From an uncultured Thiomicrospira sp. (GTDB lineage: Bacteria; Pseudomonadota; Gammaproteobacteria; CAKMZV01), in NCBI GenBank assembly GCA_965195345.1, contig OZ239628.1:288001-352000 (forward strand): DNA of 64,000 nucleotides, read 5' to 3'. The translations under genes were made by a program, and so were the position numbers. Below are positions 30,001-39,000 of this stretch, piece after piece. Under the pieces are notes generated by a model, which was given only the letters and a program-made list of their open reading frames with translations, was not told the DNA's origin and did not search any database. Position 1 is the stretch's first letter. The number at the start of each line of letters is the position of its first letter.

Positions 30001-33000
30001 GATGACAATGATATTTTTGTTACGGCATTTTATTCAGAGGTCCAAAGCGGGGGAGAAGGCATTACAGAAGTAGGTGATCCGTTTGATGCCATTGTTCGAG
30101 TTCGATTGAGTAGATTTAATAATACGTCACAAGATGTGGTGTTAAGTTATACATTAGGTGGTTTAAATTCGGATGCCATTGGTGGATTAGATTATGTTAT
30201 TCCAACAAGTAGACAATTAATCATTCCTCCCGGTGCGGTAGATAGCACATTTGCAATTACGATTTTGGATGATTTCTTGGTTGAAAAGCGTACGGAAATT
30301 TTAAATGTCTCTTTTGAATCGAGCATGAGTAATGTAAGTACTGGCGCTGGATCGGTCAGTTTGGGGATACAAGATAACGAAGCTCGCAGAGTGCGCATTG
30401 ATGTAATTCAGGATGCGACTGAAGGAGTACCACCTGCAGGAGTGCCTGCAATTGTGAAGGTAACGCTTGTAAACAGCTCAGGCAATGCATTGATAAATGG
30501 CGCAGTGAATGCGGGCCAGAATTTGGATTTTCTATTCGGTGTTGATTTCCAAGAAATTGAAGTGGTTCAGGACAATGCCAGTGACATTAGTATTAACGGT
30601 GTAGTTTCAGTCAATCCTCAAGATGTTCCATTCATTATTCAAAGGGGACAAAGCTCGGTTACGAGGAATATTATTGCACTGGATGATAATAGCTTTGAGC
30701 TTAACGAGTCTGTAGAAGTATCTTTCAATGATTCTGCATCGATTGCCAGTGTGGGAACCTTTATAAGGGATCCGTCAACGGCATCATTCACTATTACTGA
30801 TTCGATCATTCCTGGGATACGCATTCTGGCAGTATCTGATGGAGCTGAGACGGCCCCTGGTGTGGCGCCACAACCGGCACAATTTTTGGTTGAATTTTAC
30901 AATTCGCAGACTGATGCGGCGTTACTTAACATCACAGGGGCACCTATAGACCTCCAGATTGCTATTGCACCGAACAGCGTTGCAACAACACAAGATGTGA
31001 TTTTCCAACCAGATGTTTCGATTCAAAACAATTCGACGAGTCAATTAGTCTCTATAGCTATTGTGGACGATCGGTTGTTGGAGTCGACAGAAACACTGAT
31101 TGTGGAAATTTCTACTGTTCTAACAGCGTTTGATTCATTAGCGTTGGATCGTTCAACGTCTGCAAGTGTTTTAATCATAGACAATGATAATGCGTTCGTA
31201 ACGATTCGAGGCATAGTTGACGGTGTTGAGTCACCTAATTCGGATGCGGTATTTGAGCTTGCACTGGTGTCGGAAGATGGTTTATTAATTACCAATAATT
31301 CGACACAAAATGTAGTGGTTGGTGGCTTTATTTTGGGGGGTACTGCAAGCGATACATTGGACTTTGAATTAAATGTGTCGAGTGTAGATATCTTGATTGG
31401 TGCTAGCACAGAGATCATTGCCGTACGTATATTAGATGATAATTTGTGGGAGGGTACTGAGACGATTGAATTGTCTGTGTCAAGCGTGGTGCATCCTGCG
31501 GTGTCTCTTGACGATAATAATACGGGAACGGTTGATATCATAGATGATGAGAATGCGCCGGGTGCTCGAAGGGCATCACTCACCTTCGTCCAAGTACCAG
31601 GGGTTAATCAGTTTGAAGACAGCACACTGACCTTTAGGGTGAGTAGCGACTTGGTGAATAATACATCGCAATCAGTTGAAGTGCCTTATGCGATTGATCA
31701 AAGCGTTTTAAATGCGGTTGATTTAACAAGCGATTTCATAACTCCTCCGACGGGAACTTTTTTAATCAATGTGGGAGCAAGTACGGGCGATATTGTATTG
31801 GTTGGACTAGAAGATACTGCTCCAGAACCGATTGAAATATTGGAGATGCAAATATCGACTTCTACAACCCACCCTGCGTTGATTCCTTTGGCAGGGCAAT
31901 CATCGGTAACGCTTCAAATATTTGATCGGGACAGTGATAGTATTGTTGTGAGGATGGAGGCATTAGGAGGAGTCGAAGGTGGTTCGATGATTTTCCGAGC
32001 AATTGCAGCCTCTACGTACACTGTTGATGTAACAGCGACGGTGCGTGTTTCGGATGTCAATATAAACGTTAATGTAGGCGATGGTTTAGAGTTTGCGGAT
32101 TTTCCAAGTACAGGTGTACTATTGGTTAATAGGGATTATCAAATTAGAGTGCCCGCAGGTTCGACTTCGGCAGAGATTGTTTTCCCAATCGTGCAAGATA
32201 CGTTGTATGAGACGACAGAGGTTTTGAGTGCTTCTTTGGTCTTGGTTGAACCCAGTAGTAGAGCATTCCTTGTCACGAGTGATTTTGTTGTAGAGGTGAG
32301 TGATGATGATATTGCAACGGCGTCGCTTTCAGTGACAAATGCTTCTGAGCGTACTGGTCAAGGAAGCACTTTCACAGTATCTTTGGATAAAGTAAATAAT
32401 ACGGGTCGTCCGTTATTGTTCCGATTGAGTTCATTTGGACGAGGGAGTCTGGATGATGACTTTAGCTTTGATTTGTCCCAAAATAATGTAAGTGAACGCA
32501 ATCAAATTTTGATTTTGGCAGGAAGTACGTCAGGCGAAGTGATTCTTGGAGTGATTGATGATGCTCTTTTTGAGAACGATGAATCACTGAGTTTAGTTTT
32601 CTCAAGTGTTACTCTTGGAATTAGTGATCAGCCGGCACCGGCAATTGTATTATTGGGAACGCAAACGTTGATTATTGAAGACAATGATAATTCAAGTATA
32701 ACTTTGCAGTTGAGTGCGGCGGCTACATCGGTGGATGAAGGAGGTTCTTTAGAGATTGATGCAACCTTGAGGCGCAACGGCAATCGCATTGTCAATAACA
32801 CTGCCTCTTCAATCACTGCTTCGCTTACATATCAAGGGCGTCCAATTTTTGGAACGGATTTCCTTTCGAGTACACAATTGAGCGTTTCGGTTGGAAATGA
32901 TGCTACCCGTTTTAGTTTGGAAGGTATCGAAGATGATTTATTAGAAGGGGATGTGCCATTATCGATTATTGCATCGAATTTGAGTGATCCTGCCGTCAGT

Positions 33001-36000
33001 GGTTCGAGTTTACAAATAACGGTGCTTGATAATGAGCAAGCGGATATAGTCTTAGGGGTGACAAATGGCACAGAAGATGGAGATCCGTTGCGTATTAGTG
33101 TGCAGTTGGTGAGCCAAACAAGTACGCCTTTGGTGAATCAAACGGTTTCAACTATTGGAATTAGTGTGTCAATTATTTCCCCGCCTGTACCCAATGCAGT
33201 CAATTCAAGTTTGGATTTAGTGATCACGACTTTGGGGATAAGTATCGCGACGGGCTCTTCTACAGGCATGCTCAGTATTGCAGTTGTGGATGATAATTTA
33301 TTTGAAGACGATGAGCCGGTTGATGTTGGTATTTCTTCGGCGAGTATTCGACAGATTTTAGTGGACCCGACTCTATTACAACGTGCACTAATTATTGATA
33401 ATGATAACGGGACGAATACGATTCAAGTGGTGCTTGATCCTATTCAAGATGCTCAAGAAGGTGGTTCGCCTGCAGTGTTTGGTCTCAGTATTGCGACGAC
33501 GAATAATACGGGCTTCCCCTTAGTCATTCCTCTTGCGCACAGTGGTCAAGCCAGTAGTAGTGATCTTCGTGTAGCCATAGATAGTGTGAGCATACCTAAC
33601 GGCTTGTCATCGATTAATTTTAATGTGGATGTAACGGATGATGATTTATTTGAGAGTACAGAAACGCTGATTATCACTGTTTTGGATCCACCTAATGCGG
33701 CTCTAAATGAGGCTGGAGCATCTACGCAAGTTTACATTTTTGATGATGAGGCGCAACGGGGTGTTACGGCTACGGTGCAGATTTCAAACAATCTTTTTGA
33801 GCCACAATCACAAACAACAATAACGGTATCACTTGCGTTGCGCAACGATACACCTGATACGATTACGGTTACAGTGAGCTATGCGTCAGGGGATGCCCAA
33901 GTAGGTTTAGACTTTAATGCCGATACAAGCTACGTTATTGCGCAAGGTTCAACCAGCGGCAGTGTTATAGCCACGGTTATTGATGATGATTTATTTGAGA
34001 GTACTGAGAGTCTGAGTGTGGAAGTGATTGCTTCAAATCAGGATGCAATTATAACGGGCGACTCAACACTCGCAAGTGTTGTAGATGATGAGATGGGTCT
34101 ACTTGATGTCCAACTGGTGCGCCCAGGGTCAGAAGAAGGAGAATCATCGGCGGTATTGAAAGTTTCCTTGTTCGTTCCCAATACGAGAACTTTGTTGTTG
34201 AACAACACGGTTGCTCCATTAGCAATCAACTTTAACACGACGGGACAGGCTACATTGGGCTTGGATTATGATGTGCCTTCTTCAGCAGTGGAAATTGCGA
34301 CAGGAACGGCTGAGGCGACGATAACAATAAGCATTGAAGATGATGATTTATTCGAATTGTTAGAAACATTTAATCTAACGTTGCAAAATCCAATACCCGA
34401 TAGTATTGTGATCAACACTCCAACGGTGGTTGTTCCTATCCTCGATAACGATACGGTTGCAATAACTATCACTGCGCTCGATGACACAGAGATTGAGGGA
34501 AGCACGCTTTCTGTTTTAGTTGCCATGAGTAAGGTAAACAATACGAGCTCGGCCTTTGCGGTGGCCCTGCGTGTAAACACATCGAGTACTGGTTTTATTG
34601 CGCAAAATCAGATTGACTCAACCAACGCGGATTATGTTTTTGTGTCCACGCATTCTATATCGCAAGGGGCAACATCGACGTTTATTGCCATTGAAACGCT
34701 CCAAGACACATTGCTTGAGTTTTCACAAGTGATCCCATTAGAGTTGATTTCATCGACAAGAGAGGCAACGGTTTTTTATAGTACGCAAACTGTGATCTTG
34801 ACGATTCTTGATGATGAGAGCACACGGGTTAATTATGTGTTTGTCTCTAATGGAGCAGAGCGAAGTGATAATCAAGCGCCGTTGCGCTTCACGCTGCAGT
34901 TGGATACGGGCGTGACCGCTCTAGCAACAGAGAATCCGTTGTTGTTCGCAGTTACAGCGAACGATTCATCAGGACGTGTGCAGATTTCAACGAGTGTTGC
35001 GGCAAATGTTGACTTGGTAATTAGTACTGAGCGTATTGTTATTGCTTTAGGAAGCAGTAATACTGAGGTGTCCTACCCTGTTGTAGATGATGGTTTGTTC
35101 GAGGCGTTCTCATCTGAAGAGAGCGTTGATATAGGCATCCGCGCACTCGATAGTCGAGTTTATCTGAGTCAAACGACGATGACTTTTGAGGTGCGAGACA
35201 ATGATAATATCAATATTTTGACTACATTAGAGTTAACCTCTTTGAGCGATAGGATTTTTGAAAGACCAGTTGATGGAGTGGTCACTCAAACAGTACGCGT
35301 TCGAATTGAACTCACCAACAACACCAGCGAGACGATTAGATTCCCATTGGTCTATCCACCTGCGTTAGCAAGCTCAATTACGGACTTTATTCCACAAACA
35401 GGTGTGGATATTGCAAATGGCTCAAGCGTTGGTACAGTAATCATTGCAGCAAGGCAAGATAGGGAAATAGAGGTGGAGGAAAACATCCTTATCAATGTGG
35501 ATGTTACACCGATTGTCAATCCTACTACCCCAGTATTCCGCACAAACTCTTCCAATGGTAGTGATCAAGTGGAAATCTTCATTGTAGATTATGAGTCGTC
35601 TCGAACCAGGTTAAGCTTTAGTCCAATCGCATCTATTGATGAGGGCAGCACAGAGACGTTTGTCTTTACCTTGGTAGAAGTTGGCACGAGTGATGTGTTG
35701 AGTAATGGTTTATCGTTAGCAATTGATGTGCCGGTTGCGGTGAGTGGAGTGGTCAACGCATCGGATTACACTATTGATCCGGTCTCGCAACAAATTTCAT
35801 TCCTACCTCAAGAGAGCACAGGGCGTTTGATCTTTATTGCCAATGAAGATATGCTCTTTGAGAATAATGAAACAGCCACGTTGAGTTTTAGTAATGTAGG
35901 AGTTTTAAACAACATTGCAACCTCAACGAGCTTTGTAATCATAGATAACGATAATCGTAATATTCCTGTTTCAATCACTCAAATTAGTCCGCTAACAGAA

Positions 36001-39000
36001 GGGTTTCAATTGGGCGAGGTTGCTGTAAGTATTGGCTCGACGAATAACACTCAATCTTCGATTAGCATTAGAGTAATAACGATGAATGGAAGCACACTCA
36101 ATCCATCATTGCTCTTTGATGCTATTTCAGGACTTGATTACGTTTCAACGGATGCTACAGTAATTATTCCCCCTGGTGCTCGTTCGGCTATTTTTCCAAT
36201 AGAGGGTTTAGCGGATAATGTATTTGAAGCTACTGAGACGGTGTATTTAAGTTATCTTAATTCCAATGCTGGGCAATCGTTCGCTTTACTTCCGAATCCA
36301 ACAGGGGTCATTTCGATAGTGGATGAGGAATTTGAAAGTGCCCGAGTAGGACTTTCTACGATTAGTTCTGCGACAGAAGGTCTCGTAACTGGTCGATTGT
36401 CTTTGTCATTCTTCTCAGGTGTGATCAATGATTATGGACCATTGCTTTTTGATATGCGTTTTGTTCCAACGGCAAGTACGTCCGTGGATGCTGATACAGA
36501 TTTTGTTAATTCTCAAAGAGTTATTGCATTGGGTGCATCGGGAACAACTATCAATATTACCGCGGTGGATGATAATTTGTTTGAAACAACACAGACGGCC
36601 GTTTATAGTATTCAATCGTCTGGAGTGGCGACTATTTCACAAAATAGAACATTGATGACAATCAATGACAATGACTTTGGTCCTTATCAAATAACGGTTC
36701 CTGCTTTGAGTGCTGGTGATATAGAGCTTCTTGAGGGCGGAGCAACATATACCTTGATTGTTGATATGGGCATTGAAAACAATACAAATGTGCCATTTGA
36801 TATAGGGATTGCTTTGTCAGGTACAGCCGAAATCGGCATTGACTACACTATTTCTTCACAGGTTATTAGGGTTCCGGTAGGCTCTCGCATCGGCACTATT
36901 GAGATCGTGCCTTTACAAGATTCACGATTTGAGGATGATCAGGAGATTCTGATAACGTTTACTGATATAGCGTTCCCATATTTTTCAGCGCAACCATCAA
37001 CGTTTGCAATCTTGATAATAGATGATGATAACACCACCGTTACTGTTAGCATCAGTTCTTCACCGAGCGTTATTTTTGAACCTCAAGGCACGAGTTTGAC
37101 TGCAATGAATCAAGTAGAAGTAGAAGTTGCACTGTCAACGACGAACTATACCCAGTCGGCTATTGAATTGACGCTTGTTCTAGGTGACAGCGCGGGCGCT
37201 CAAGATGTTACGGGCATTCCAGATTTTGTGCGGATAAATCCTGGTGATACGACTGCGACGTTTATTGTTTTTGCTTTAGCGGACAATAGACTTGAGGGTA
37301 CAGAACAAGTGAACATAAGCGTGTCTTCAGCCAATAATTCCGCGATTGTTCTAGGCAGTTCTTACACGTTGATAATAGAAGATCTTTTAATTAGAGATTC
37401 TATTGAATTAGTATTCACTTCCGTAGCAGGTTTTGAAAGTCAAACAACGCAAAATTACTTGATAGATGCGCCAACGACGTTTACAGATAGCGTTTCTCCA
37501 TCGCTCATTGGACGTTTAAGCAGAGGTGCTCAAACAGTGATTAATGAGACTGGAACGACGCTGCGTTTGACATTTAGCACGCCAACGGGTACAGCGGTGC
37601 GCAATCAAGATTACACTATTGCTCAGTTTTTAGATATTCCTTCGGGCAACAGTACGGGCACGGCCGTTGTTGAGATTATTGATGATATTTTATTTGAAAA
37701 AACAGAGACGATTGGCGTATTACTCTCAACGGCTTCTTTAGTGCAAGCACACCCAGATCAAGCACGAATAATATCAACAATCAATTTGGATAATAGCTCT
37801 ACAACATTAACGATCATTGATAATGAAGCGCTCTCGAATATTCCTGTTTTTTGGGAACTTGTGCGTAATGGTAGCGAGGAGGTTATTCCATCACAAGTAG
37901 CAGTGCCTATTCAAATGCGTGCATCATTTGATTTTGTAAACAATACCAGTGCGCCGATAATCTTTGGAATAAGCTATTCTGGTAGTGCTGTGGGAGGCAG
38001 TTCAACGCCTGCTGATTATGTTGATACTCAAACGACCCTTAGCATTAGTGTTGGATCGACGTCGACTATTTTGGAAATACAAATACTGCCTGATCTCATT
38101 CTTGAATCAACAGAAACCGTTATAGTGCAGTTGTTGAATATAAATCTTGAACCTGTTGTCATTACGACACAGAGTGTTACAGGGATTATTTTTGATGCAG
38201 GTATGGATACAGATGGTGATGGATTAACTGACGGAGCTGAACTTTTACTGGGTACGAATCCATTATTGAGAGATACGGATGGTGACGGATTAGGTGATGG
38301 CGCTGAAGTATTTATTCTCACATCAACGACGTTGGGATTAGATATGAATGCGGATCCAACGAACCCAGACACGGATGGTGATGGCATTACGGATGATTTG
38401 GAAGATTTTGATGGAGACACGCTGAACAATCTTCAAGAGATTATTCTGGGTACGGATCCGTACAATGCGGATACCGATGGTGATCGTTTAACAGACGCTC
38501 AAGAGTTGCTTACTAACACCAGCGGAACATTGAGTGATACAGATGGTGATGGAATTACGGATGATTTGGAGGATTTGGATAGTGATGGTTTGTCCAACTT
38601 TGATGAATTTAATTTCTTCAATACGTTAGTGAATACGTCTGATTCAGATGTTGACGGTGTTCTGGATCCGCAAGAAGATAACGACGGTGATGGATTGGGG
38701 AATATATATGAGACACTTGCGAGCAGAGGCAATCCTGATACTGATTTAGATGGTATTTTGGATGGTGCAGAAGACAGCGATGGGGGAACCATTAATTGTA
38801 ATGGTGTTTTAGAAGAATCAGGGGATGGATTGCCCGATGGGCTTGAGCATACGTTAGGCAACGCATTATCCAGAAATGTTACTTCGGCAGATGCACCTTA
38901 TGTAGGCGGGGCGTGCGATGATGATGGAGATGGGATTACAAATGCGGTTGAGGAGTATCTTCAGAGCATAGGAATTGCATCAAACACTGTTACTATGCGC

